64,000 nt of DNA from Candidatus Cloacimonadota bacterium (lineage in GTDB: Bacteria > Cloacimonadota > Cloacimonadia > JGIOTU-2). This document shows positions 9,282 through 18,105 of this stretch, piece after piece. The notes beneath the pieces are model-generated. The model did not search any database and was not told the DNA's origin. It worked only from the letters and a program-made list of their open reading frames with translations. The translations under genes and the position numbers were made by a program. The DNA lies in NCBI GenBank assembly GCA_049903315.1, contig JBNGBT010000006.1, positions 32,001 to 96,000 on the forward strand, written 5' to 3'. Numbering within the stretch: position 1 is the first letter of the stretch; each line of letters begins with the position of its first letter.

Positions 9282-9845
9282 ATCGCAATAAATAGACGGT
9301 TTAAACCCTGGAAACAGCGGGAAAGCTATAAGAACGACAAAAAAATTAATGAAAAAATTACTGCGAGAAAGGTTCGTTTGGTTGGTCCTGATAAGGAAGC
9401 TCTGGGTATCGTTTCGATCCAGGATGCTCTTGATAAAGCCCGAGAATACGGAATGGATCTTGTGGAGATCGCTCCTAATGCGAATCCACCAGTTTGCAAG
9501 ATAATCGATTACAGCAAGCTGCTTTTTGAAGAGTCCAAAAAAGCTCGTGAGGCAAAAAAGAAACAGCATTCCACTCAACTGAAAGAAGTCAAATTCCGCC
9601 CAAGAACTGATGAGCATGATTATAATTTTAAGGTCAAGCACATCAAAGAATTCCTTGAAAAAGGAAATAAGGTCAAAGTTACTATTCAATTCCGCGGAAG
9701 AGAAATGGCTCATAAAGAAATGGGTTGGGAACTGATCAAAAGAATTCAAGAAGAACTCGATGAGTTTGGTGATTTTGAGCAGCAACCAAGAATGGAAGGT
9801 CGTTTCCTGATCGGTTTCGTTTCACCCAAGAAGATCCAAAGCTAG
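9282..9845 (+). CDS. infC: Translation initiation factor IF-3 (probable non-AUG ATC start)
   Basis: INEKI.ARKVRLVG, DLVEIAPNANPPVCKIIDY, KEVKFRP, FRGRE motifs. SD GGAGGT (9271-9276) lies 5 nt before an in-frame ATC; no ATG is available before the conserved N-domain. Confidence 0.93.
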   Translation: MAINRRFKPWKQRESYKNDKKINEKITARKVRLVGPDKEALGIVSIQDALDKAREYGMDLVEIAPNANPPVCKIIDYSKLLFEESKKAREAKKKQHSTQLKEVKFRPRTDEHDYNFKVKHIKEFLEKGNKVKVTIQFRGREMAHKEMGWELIKRIQEELDEFGDFEQQPRMEGRFLIGFVSPKKIQS

Positions 9846-9885
9846 AGAACCAAAGCAGTACAAGTCATAGTAAGGAGTTTTAATA

Positions 9886-10080
9886 ATGCCAAAACTAAAA
9901 ACAAGAAGAGCAGCGGCAAAGCGGTTTAAAAAGACAGCGAATGGTAAGATAAAAAGAAATAAAGCGTATCGCGGTCATTTTATGGAAAAGAAATCATCTG
10001 ATCAAAAATCCAACCTGCGCAAGGGCGGATATGTTGCAAAAGCCGATGAAAAACGTGTGAAGAACATGTTAGCATCATAA
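9886..10080 (+). CDS. rpmI: 50S ribosomal protein L35
   Basis: MPKLKTRRAAAKRFKKTANGKIKR; synteny infC-rpmI-rplT. Confidence 0.97.
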   Translation: MPKLKTRRAAAKRFKKTANGKIKRNKAYRGHFMEKKSSDQKSNLRKGGYVAKADEKRVKNMLAS

Positions 10081-10104
10081 TATTAAATTTTTCAAGGAGT
10101 TGTT

Positions 10105-10461
10105 ATGGCTAGAGCAAAAAATAAAGTAGCTTCCAGAAACAGAAGAAAGAAAATTCTCAAAGAAGCCAAAGGTTACAGAGGCGGCAGAAAACTCTATCGT
10201 GCTGCACGTGAGGCAGTTGAGAAGGGTTGGCAGTATGCCTATCGCGACAGAAAAGCCCGTAAACGCGAGTTTAGAAGATTGTGGATCATCCGTATCAATG
10301 CCGCAGTGCACGAGCATGGATTGAGTTATAGCCAGTTTATGAACGGTCTTAAAGAGCTTAAGATCGAGATCAACAGAAAAATGTTATCAGAACTTGCGAT
10401 AAATAATCCTGAAGCATTTGAAAAAATTGTTGGTGACGTAAAGAAAAAATTAGGAAAATAA
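10105..10461 (+). CDS. rplT: 50S ribosomal protein L20
   Basis: MARAK...AKGYRGGR...[24 protein letters not shown]. Confidence 0.98.
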   Translation: MARAKNKVASRNRRKKILKEAKGYRGGRKLYRAAREAVEKGWQYAYRDRKARKREFRRLWIIRINAAVHEHGLSYSQFMNGLKELKIEINRKMLSELAINNPEAFEKIVGDVKKKLGK

Positions 10462-10467
10462 GCTATC

Positions 10468-11484
10468 GTGAAAGAACAAATACACGAGATTTTAGAAGAA
10501 GCGAGAAGTAGTATTCCTTCTTGCGGATCAGATAAAGATCTGGAAGAGCTTCGAATTAAATATCTTGGTAAAAAAAGTTCTCTTTCAGATCTCCTGAGTA
10601 AGATCGGAACTGTGCCCAAAGAGGAGCGTCCAGAGATGGGTGCCCTTCTTAATACAGTTAAGAAAGAAATCGCGCAGCTCATTGAAAACAAAAAAACTGA
10701 CCTTCAAGAAAATGCAGATGCTACAAAAGTTCAGGGCTTAGATGTCACGATTCCGGGAAGACCGCTTCCAATTGGTGCAAAGCATCCTTTGTATCAAATA
10801 TGGGAAGAGATTGAAGATATCTTTATCAATCTGGGTTTTGAGGTTGCAGAAGGTCCGGAAATTGAAAGCGAGTATTACAACTTCGATGCATTGAACACTC
10901 CGAGCTGGCATCCGGCAAGAAATCCTCAGGATACTTTCTATCTCAAAGGCGGCATGCTTCTGCGTACACAAACATCACCCATGCAGATACGCGTGATGGA
11001 GAAATTCAAGCCTCCAATTAAGATTATTTCAACAGGCAGATGTTACCGTGTTGATAAAGTGGACCCTTCGCATTTGCCGGTGTTCCATCAGGTTGAAGCG
11101 CTTATGGTTGACGAAGGCATCACAATGTCCGATCTCAAAGGTGCGCTGGATTCCTTTGTGAAAAGGATTTTCAACGCGGATACCCGTTCTCGTTTTCGCC
11201 CACATTTCTTTCCTTTCACTGAACCGAGTGCAGAAATAGATATTCTCTGCATAAGTTGCAAAGGGAAAGGTTGTAAACTTTGCAAAAATTCCGGCTGGCT
11301 AGAGATGGGCGGCGCTGGTATGGTCGATCCGGCAGTTCTTGAAGAGGTCGGTTATAATCCCGAAAAATATACGGGATATGCATTTGGATTAGGAATGGAA
11401 CGTATTGCGATGCTTCGTTACGGCATCTCGGATATCAGAAAATTAGTGACTAATGATCTGAGAATATTAAGTCAATTCCAATAA
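10468..11484 (+). CDS. pheS: Phenylalanine--tRNA ligase alpha subunit
   Basis: HPAR.PQDTFY, LLRTQTSPMQIR, FHQVE, FRPHFFPFTEPSAE, GYAFGLGMERIAM. Confidence 0.98.
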   Translation: MKEQIHEILEEARSSIPSCGSDKDLEELRIKYLGKKSSLSDLLSKIGTVPKEERPEMGALLNTVKKEIAQLIENKKTDLQENADATKVQGLDVTIPGRPLPIGAKHPLYQIWEEIEDIFINLGFEVAEGPEIESEYYNFDALNTPSWHPARNPQDTFYLKGGMLLRTQTSPMQIRVMEKFKPPIKIISTGRCYRVDKVDPSHLPVFHQVEALMVDEGITMSDLKGALDSFVKRIFNADTRSRFRPHFFPFTEPSAEIDILCISCKGKGCKLCKNSGWLEMGGAGMVDPAVLEEVGYNPEKYTGYAFGLGMERIAMLRYGISDIRKLVTNDLRILSQFQ

Positions 11485-11508
11485 GAAAATTTTATCTTAG
11501 AGAATATC

Positions 11509-13911
11509 ATGAAAATAAGTTATAATTGGCTGAAAGAATTAGTTCCTCTACAGTTGGGCATTGACGAGTTTTGTGAGAGACTCACCATGTTTGGACTTGA
11601 AGTAGAAGAGGTCATTCAGCCCGGGAAAGAACTCGAAAATATTGTTATTGGTAAGGTTATTTCTGTCGAACAACATCCCAATGCAGACAAGCTGAGTCTG
11701 TGCCGGGTTGAGGTCGGGGAAGAAAAACCGCTCAGTATTATTTGCGGTGCCCCAAATGTGGTTAAGGACATTCTCGTGCCGGTCGCGAAGATCGGAGCAA
11801 CACTTGGTGACTTCAAAATTAAAAAAGCAAAACTTCGTGGTGTAGAATCTTTTGGCATGATATGCTCGGAAAGTGAATTGGGCATTTCTGATGATCATTC
11901 CGGTATTATGATAATCGAGCAGGACATCAAACCCGGTACGCCTTTTGCAGATGCAATGGGAATGAATGATCAAATAATTGAAGTTGAAGTAACACCGAAC
12001 AGACCCGATCTTCTCGGTATGATCGGAGTAGCGCGTGAAGTCGCAGTTATGCTCGATACAGACTATGAATCCCCTGAAATTACCTTTGAAGAATCTGATA
12101 TTAAAACATCGGATGAGATTTCAGTTATCATTGAAGATGCCGAGAAATGCCCCAGATATTGTGCAAGAATAGTAAAAGGGATTACTGTGCAACCTTCTCC
12201 GGCATGGATGCAGAGAAAATTGATCTCATCAGGTCTTCGTCCTATCAATAATATCGTTGATGTCACAAATTATGTGCTTCTCGAATATGGTCATCCCCTG
12301 CACGCCTTTGATTACACGAAGATAAAAAACCAGACTATTGTTGTCCGAACTGCAAAAGATAAAGAAAAAATGATGCTTCTCGATGATACCGAACTTACAC
12401 TCCATGCCAACAACTTGCTTATCGCTGATAAAAAGCATCCACTTGCACTTGCCGGTATTATGGGAGGACTAGACAGTTCTATAAGTGATACTACGAAGGA
12501 TGTTGTTATCGAATGTGCATATTTTGATCCGAGAAATATTCGTGCATCTGCACTCGAATACGGATTGCAGACAGAATCTTCCTACCGTTTCGAAAGGGGT
12601 ATGGACCCGAATAGTTTGACTGAGATTATTGATAGAGCTGCACAACTTATGCAGCTTACCGGTGGTGGAGCAATATCAAGAGGGATTGTAGATTGCTATC
12701 CTAACAAAATTACTCCTAAGGTCTTACCGCTTCGTGTGTCCCGTGCAAACAGTATTCTTAATGCAAAGATGTCCGCTGACGAGGTAGAAAATTATCTCAC
12801 AAATTTTGAATTCACTACAAAAAAGATAACTCCGGATAGCTTCGAAGTTACTATCCCTACTTTCCGCCCTGATATTGAGCGCGAGATAGACATTATAGAA
12901 GAACTCGCACGCTGTTATGGATATAATAATGTAGAGTCTCATTTCTGGATAAACAAGATTGATAATAAACAGAAAAGATCAGTTGTCCGGCTCGCAAAGA
13001 ATCATCTGATTTCTCTTGGTTTTTTTGAAGTAAATAATATGAGTTTTGCCAGTCCCGATGATCTCGATGCATTAAAAATTCCAAAAGATGATTACAGGCG
13101 AAAACTCGTTGAGCTTGCTAATCCGATGGGTGAACAATTCTCAATAATGAGGTCGACCCTGATACCGGATCTCCTGAGAAATGCAGCCCTGAACATCTCT
13201 TATAAATGTGAGAATTTCAAACTGTTTGAGTTAAATAGAATTTATCTCAAAGAAGATGAAGATGCCTATGTAGAACCCACATATCTAACAGGTGTTATTG
13301 TTGGAGAATTCGAGCCATTCTACTGGAAAGAGAAGCAGAGAGCCACCTCATTTTATGATGTGAAAGGCGTGGTTGAGTCAGTTTTTACAAAGATACATTG
13401 TATGAAAAATATCACATTCAAGATATCACATCAACCATATTATAAATTTGATTCAGCAGCAGATATTTTTCTTGAAGAAAAGAAAATCGGTTCCTGCGGC
13501 ATTATGAATGATGAAGTTTTGCATTTATATGATATCGACACTCCTGTAATGCTTTTTGATATTGATCTTTCAAACATTATCCTTTTATATAATGAAAAGG
13601 CAATCCGCTTTGAAGAGATCGTAAAATATCCTCCGGTACTTCGTGATATTGCAGTAATAGCACCATCTGAAATAGAGGTAGCAACAATTGAGCAATCAAT
13701 TAAATCGGTAGATCCGAATATGATTAAAGATGTTCAGTTGTTCGATGTGTATACAGGTAAGCAGGTAAAGAAGGGATGCAGAAGTCTGGCTTTTAATATT
13801 ACTTTTCAATCCGAAACTTCTACCCTGACAGATAAATATGTGGATAAATTATTTGACAATATTGTCAGTAAATTATCACGTGAGCATCAAATAGAATTGA
13901 GGCAGGAGTGA
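11509..13911 (+). CDS. pheT: Phenylalanine--tRNA ligase beta subunit
   Basis: MKISYNWLKE, HPNADKL, CGAPNV, TPNRPDLL, RFERG, RPDIEREIDIIEE, C-terminal FDX-ACB domain. Confidence 0.98.
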   Translation: MKISYNWLKELVPLQLGIDEFCERLTMFGLEVEEVIQPGKELENIVIGKVISVEQHPNADKLSLCRVEVGEEKPLSIICGAPNVVKDILVPVAKIGATLGDFKIKKAKLRGVESFGMICSESELGISDDHSGIMIIEQDIKPGTPFADAMGMNDQIIEVEVTPNRPDLLGMIGVAREVAVMLDTDYESPEITFEESDIKTSDEISVIIEDAEKCPRYCARIVKGITVQPSPAWMQRKLISSGLRPINNIVDVTNYVLLEYGHPLHAFDYTKIKNQTIVVRTAKDKEKMMLLDDTELTLHANNLLIADKKHPLALAGIMGGLDSSISDTTKDVVIECAYFDPRNIRASALEYGLQTESSYRFERGMDPNSLTEIIDRAAQLMQLTGGGAISRGIVDCYPNKITPKVLPLRVSRANSILNAKMSADEVENYLTNFEFTTKKITPDSFEVTIPTFRPDIEREIDIIEELARCYGYNNVESHFWINKIDNKQKRSVVRLAKNHLISLGFFEVNNMSFASPDDLDALKIPKDDYRRKLVELANPMGEQFSIMRSTLIPDLLRNAALNISYKCENFKLFELNRIYLKEDEDAYVEPTYLTGVIVGEFEPFYWKEKQRATSFYDVKGVVESVFTKIHCMKNITFKISHQPYYKFDSAADIFLEEKKIGSCGIMNDEVLHLYDIDTPVMLFDIDLSNIILLYNEKAIRFEEIVKYPPVLRDIAVIAPSEIEVATIEQSIKSVDPNMIKDVQLFDVYTGKQVKKGCRSLAFNITFQSETSTLTDKYVDKLFDNIVSKLSREHQIELRQE

Positions 13912-14273
13912 TGGATACGCATGTGCTTGATTTGATTGAAGAGAAGATTAGAAATCTTATTTCGAAATATAAAATTTTACAGGATAAATACATTCAGGTC
14001 CTGAAAGAAAATGAAAATCTCAATAATAAATATAAAGATCTGTTCTACAATACGGAGAATTCGCAAGAAACCATAGGCGAACTCCAGAACGCTGTGGAGC
14101 GCTACAAAGAGCAGAACCAAGATTTGCAGAATACACTGGCTCAAAAAGAAGAGCGATTACAAAAATTTACAGAACAGGCGACTGAAATCGATTCGAGAGT
14201 TGATTCGATGCTACAGGAAATTGATAGTATAATTGGAGAATCGGAAACGCCGTCTGCTGGAAATGATGATTAG
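13911..14273 (+). CDS. Coiled-coil protein, ZapB-like by position
   Basis: Heptad-rich 120-aa ORF coupled to pheT (TGATG overlap), immediately upstream of zapA. Confidence 0.65.
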   Translation: MDTHVLDLIEEKIRNLISKYKILQDKYIQVLKENENLNNKYKDLFYNTENSQETIGELQNAVERYKEQNQDLQNTLAQKEERLQKFTEQATEIDSRVDSMLQEIDSIIGESETPSAGNDD

Positions 14274-14284
14274 ATTCTAAATAT

Positions 14285-14554
14285 ATGAATAATATTTCTG
14301 TCGACATTTTGGGTGATACTTATTCGATCGCAGGAGATGTAGATCCTGATGAGATACGTAAGTATGCTCACTTTTTAGATAAAAAACTTGTTGAACTATC
14401 AGAGGAATATAATCCCCAAAAGCGGTACGATCTTGCAATTTTGTGCGGTCTCAATATAGTCGAAGAAATGTTTAGAAAACAGAAGGAACAAGAGAGATTA
14501 GAAAAATTTGTACAAAGGATTTCCGGGTTATTGAATTCCTTGGACGAAGAGTGA
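14285..14554 (+). CDS. zapA: Cell division protein ZapA
   Basis: ISVDILGDTYSI...A.FLDKK...LAILCGLNIVEE; pheT-zapA-rny synteny. Confidence 0.88.
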   Translation: MNNISVDILGDTYSIAGDVDPDEIRKYAHFLDKKLVELSEEYNPQKRYDLAILCGLNIVEEMFRKQKEQERLEKFVQRISGLLNSLDEE

Positions 14555-14594
14555 TTTTGTTCTGGTAACTTAATAAATTATCGTTCTTTCCAGT

Positions 14595-14768
14595 AGGCCT
14601 GCCCTGTTCGTGATGGCAATCTTGTTTTGTGCTAAACAGGAACTATAGGGTGTTCAATTGTGTATGGCGTGAATGCCTACATTACAGTAGGACTCGTAAA
14701 GTACATATAGAATTCCCATTATTTAAAAAAATAGTTCAAACTAGTTGTTACACGGCAAGGGCAGGTCT
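14595..14768 (+). ncRNA. ssrS: 6S RNA
   Basis: About 175 nt between zapA and rny. The ends pair (AGGCCTGCCCTGTTCGTG with CACGGCAAGGGCAGGTCT), with an internal GAACTAT/ATAGTTC pairing, consistent with a long irregular hairpin at the usual 6S locus. Confidence 0.8.
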
Positions 14769-14788
14769 CATTATGGAAAGGAATAAAG

Positions 14789-16342
14789 ATGTTAGATATA
14801 CTGTTGCCAATAGTTGGTGTCGTCGTAGGGGTGTTTGTTGGCTGGTTATCGTTCAGATTACTTACAAGCAAAAAGATCAAACAAGCACATTTAGAATCTA
14901 AAAAGATCAAAGAAGAAGCAAAACTTGAAGCCAAAGTAATCAAAAAAGAAGCTGAAATTGAAGCAAAAGAGGATTGGTACAAAAGAAAAGCCAATTTAGA
15001 AAAGGAGATAGAGGAGAGGAAGAAAGAACTTCGGAAAATTGAGGGTAATTACAATCAGAGAATTAGCAATATTGATGATCGATTGAGCAAACTCGACAGA
15101 AGAGAGCAGTCCATTTCAGATAGGGAGCGGCATCTACAAAATAAACAAACAAAACTGGATGATGATGAAGCAAAATTAAAAGATATACTCGAAAAAGAAA
15201 CAAGAAAACTGATGGAGATTGCTAATCTTAATAAAGAACAGGCAATCGAAATGCTTCTTAAAAATTATGAAAATGAAGCACGTATCGATGCAGCAAAACT
15301 CAGAAAATCAATAATTGACAAAGCCAACTCTGAAGCTGAAGCGGATTCTATAAAGATTGTTGCAAATGCGGTGCAAAGGACTGCAGTCGATTATGTAACT
15401 GAGTCAACCGTTTCTGTTGTTGATCTTCCATCCGAAGAAATGAAGGGCAGGATCATCGGGAGAGAGGGACGCAATATTCGGACATTTGAAAACAACTCGG
15501 GAGTAGAGATCATAGTTGATGATACACCGGAAGCAGTCATTATTTCCAGCTTTGATCCAGTAAGAAGAGAAATAGCAAAACGCTCTCTTGAAAAACTTAT
15601 TTCTGATGGAAGAATTCATCCGGGTAGGATCGAAGATGTGCTCGCCAAAACAGAGAAAGAAGTGAATAAGATAATTGAAGAGACCGGAAGGAAAACACTC
15701 CTTGACCTAGCGATCCATGATCTGCCGGATAATCTTAAAAATATTATCGGACGATTGAAATACAGGACAAGTTATGGGCAAAATATGCTCAAACACAGCA
15801 TTGAAAGTGCATGGATATGCGGTATGCTTGCAGCGGAGTTGGGTTTGGATCAACCTCTTGCCAGAAAAATGGGACTTCTGCATGATATTGGTAAAGCAGT
15901 TGACCATGAAATCGATGGCTCTCATGCGGTGATCGGGGCTGACATTGCAAGAAGAAATGGAATGCCGCCTATAATAGTAAATGCAATAGAGGCGCATCAC
16001 GAAGAAGTTGAATTTGAATCAGTTTATGCAGTTCTTGTTCAAGTTGCTGATGCAATCTCAGGCGCAAGACCCGGCGCAAGAAGGGAAACACTTGAATCAT
16101 ATCTCAAGCGATTAGAAAAATTGGAAGAGATTGCCTATTCCTTTGAGGGTGTTCATAAATGTTTCGCAATTCAAGCTGGAAGGGAAATCCGCATCATGGT
16201 CGAGCATAATACCATTGATGACGCACAAGCAGAATTGCTTGCATCTGATGTGGCAAAGAAGATAGAGAATGAAATGCAGTACCCCGGACAGATAAAAGTT
16301 ACTGTCATCCGAGAGGTGCGTAAAACCGTACTCGCAAAATAA
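14789..16342 (+). CDS. rny: Ribonuclease Y
   Basis: N-terminal TM helix, coiled coil, KH domain (MKGRIIGREGRNIR), HD domain (LLHDIGKA), ADAISGARPGAR. Confidence 0.97.
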   Translation: MLDILLPIVGVVVGVFVGWLSFRLLTSKKIKQAHLESKKIKEEAKLEAKVIKKEAEIEAKEDWYKRKANLEKEIEERKKELRKIEGNYNQRISNIDDRLSKLDRREQSISDRERHLQNKQTKLDDDEAKLKDILEKETRKLMEIANLNKEQAIEMLLKNYENEARIDAAKLRKSIIDKANSEAEADSIKIVANAVQRTAVDYVTESTVSVVDLPSEEMKGRIIGREGRNIRTFENNSGVEIIVDDTPEAVIISSFDPVRREIAKRSLEKLISDGRIHPGRIEDVLAKTEKEVNKIIEETGRKTLLDLAIHDLPDNLKNIIGRLKYRTSYGQNMLKHSIESAWICGMLAAELGLDQPLARKMGLLHDIGKAVDHEIDGSHAVIGADIARRNGMPPIIVNAIEAHHEEVEFESVYAVLVQVADAISGARPGARRETLESYLKRLEKLEEIAYSFEGVHKCFAIQAGREIRIMVEHNTIDDAQAELLASDVAKKIENEMQYPGQIKVTVIREVRKTVLAK

Positions 16343-17127
16343 TGATAAGAATATTATACATCGGTGATATCTTTGGAAAACCAGGAAGGAGAACTGTTAA
16401 AGAGCTACTTCCTGGTTTGAAAGAAGAATTTTCAATTGATTTGACGATTGCAAACGGAGAAAATCTTGCAGGTGGACTTGGAATGACTCCTGATACGGCA
16501 AATGATATGTTCGAAGCCGGAGTTGACGTCCTTACTTCAGGGAATCATTTGTGGGATAAGAAAGAAATAATTTCACATCTCGCAAAAGAAGAACGTATAT
16601 TGAAGCCGATAAATTATCCGCCTGAAGTGCCGGGTAACGATATTTATGAAATCGAAATTCACGGAAGGAAAATTGTCGTGCTATGTTTGATGGGAAGGGT
16701 TTTTACTGTAACTGTGGACTGTCCTTTCCGAATAATGGATACGTATCTTGAAAAACTCATACCTGAGCATCCCATCATTGTAGTTGACTTTCATGCTGAG
16801 GCTACAGCAGAAAAACAGGCAATGGCTTGGCACCTTGACGGCAGAGTCGCAGCATTGATCGGCTCCCATACTCATGTCCAGACTGCAGACGAGAGAATCC
16901 TTCCACAGGGAACAGCATATATTACTGATGCAGGGATGACTGGACCACATGATTCTGTAATAGGACTTCGAAAAGAAGATGGGATTGAAAGATTTCTGAC
17001 GCAAATTCCCAACAGGTTCAATCCGGCAAAAGAAAATTTGATGCTTAATGGAGTGTTAATTTCGGTTGACGAAAAAGGGGCCGCTTCGGATATTCAACGA
17101 ATACGGAAAAGTTATGTAGTTGAATAA
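16342..17127 (+). CDS. ymdB: YmdB-family metallophosphoesterase
   Basis: IGDIFGKPGR, IANGEN, TSGNH, DFHAEATAEK, GSHTHVQTADE, TDAGMTGP. Confidence 0.92.
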   Translation: MIRILYIGDIFGKPGRRTVKELLPGLKEEFSIDLTIANGENLAGGLGMTPDTANDMFEAGVDVLTSGNHLWDKKEIISHLAKEERILKPINYPPEVPGNDIYEIEIHGRKIVVLCLMGRVFTVTVDCPFRIMDTYLEKLIPEHPIIVVDFHAEATAEKQAMAWHLDGRVAALIGSHTHVQTADERILPQGTAYITDAGMTGPHDSVIGLRKEDGIERFLTQIPNRFNPAKENLMLNGVLISVDEKGAASDIQRIRKSYVVE

Positions 17128-17136
17128 GAAAGAGAT

Positions 17137-18003
17137 ATGGAAAAACTATTAGACGGGAAACCGGTTGCAAAAGCTATTTATCAAAAGCTTACGGAAGAAG
17201 TAGCTGTACTCTACGATAAGGGGATAATCCCACGACTCTGCGTATTCAAGGTAGGAAACGATCCAGCATCAGAATATTATACTCAGAATATTCAGAAAAA
17301 AGCTCAGAAAATTGGAGTGCTCGCTGATGTCATAAGCTATGAAGATCTTGCATCTCAAGAAGAACTTATAGATGGAATACAGAAAGCAAATAAAGATCCA
17401 AAGATACACGGCATCATGCTGCAACTGCCATTACCAGTGCAATTTGACCAAAACAAGATAGTCCTTGATATAGCTCCCAACAAGGATATCGATGGTCTCC
17501 ATCCAATCAATGCAGGTAAACTGATCAAAGGACAGAATTGCTTTGTGCCCTGCACTCCATCTGCCGTGATGGAGTTACTTCATTTTTATAAAATTCCTAC
17601 AGAAGGAGCACGGGTCGTCATCATCGGAAGAAGTCCAATTGTCGGACTTCCCTTATTTAATCTTCTCGTGCAGAAAAAAGACGGCGCAAATGCTACTGTA
17701 ACCATATGCCACTCTCGATCTAAAAATCTTCAGGAAATTTCCAAAGATGCTGATATCCTTATCGTCGCAATTGGAAAATCAAGATTTATAGATCACACAT
17801 ATATTTCTCGTAAATCAATCGTGATTGATGTCGGTATTAATGAGATCTATAATACTGATACAAAAACGAATAACTACGTTGGCGATGTGTTTTATCAAGA
17901 CGTATTTTCGACTGTTCAAGCGATCACTCCTGTACCCGGAGGCATCGGTACGATCACGACAGCTTCTCTGCTGAAGAATGTCGTTGAAGCGAGTAAGTTT
18001 TGA
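17137..18003 (+). CDS. folD: Methylenetetrahydrofolate dehydrogenase/cyclohydrolase
   Basis: LLDGK, HGIMLQLPLP, KDIDGLHP.N, PCTP, GRS.IVG.P, TVTICHS, DVGIN, TPVPGGIG. Confidence 0.96.
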   Translation: MEKLLDGKPVAKAIYQKLTEEVAVLYDKGIIPRLCVFKVGNDPASEYYTQNIQKKAQKIGVLADVISYEDLASQEELIDGIQKANKDPKIHGIMLQLPLPVQFDQNKIVLDIAPNKDIDGLHPINAGKLIKGQNCFVPCTPSAVMELLHFYKIPTEGARVVIIGRSPIVGLPLFNLLVQKKDGANATVTICHSRSKNLQEISKDADILIVAIGKSRFIDHTYISRKSIVIDVGINEIYNTDTKTNNYVGDVFYQDVFSTVQAITPVPGGIGTITTASLLKNVVEASKF

Positions 18004-18105
18004 CAAGGAAAAATACGAATATGAAAAATATTTCAAAAACGCAATTTTTTATTGACTTATAAATATTAACTAAAGAATCTTTGTTCAAAGACGGGAGGTT
18101 TATAG

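Noticed and set aside
14629..14994. ORFs 14629..14901 (+) and 14719..14994 (-)
   Set aside because: They overlap the 6S RNA and rny and have no recognisable protein features.
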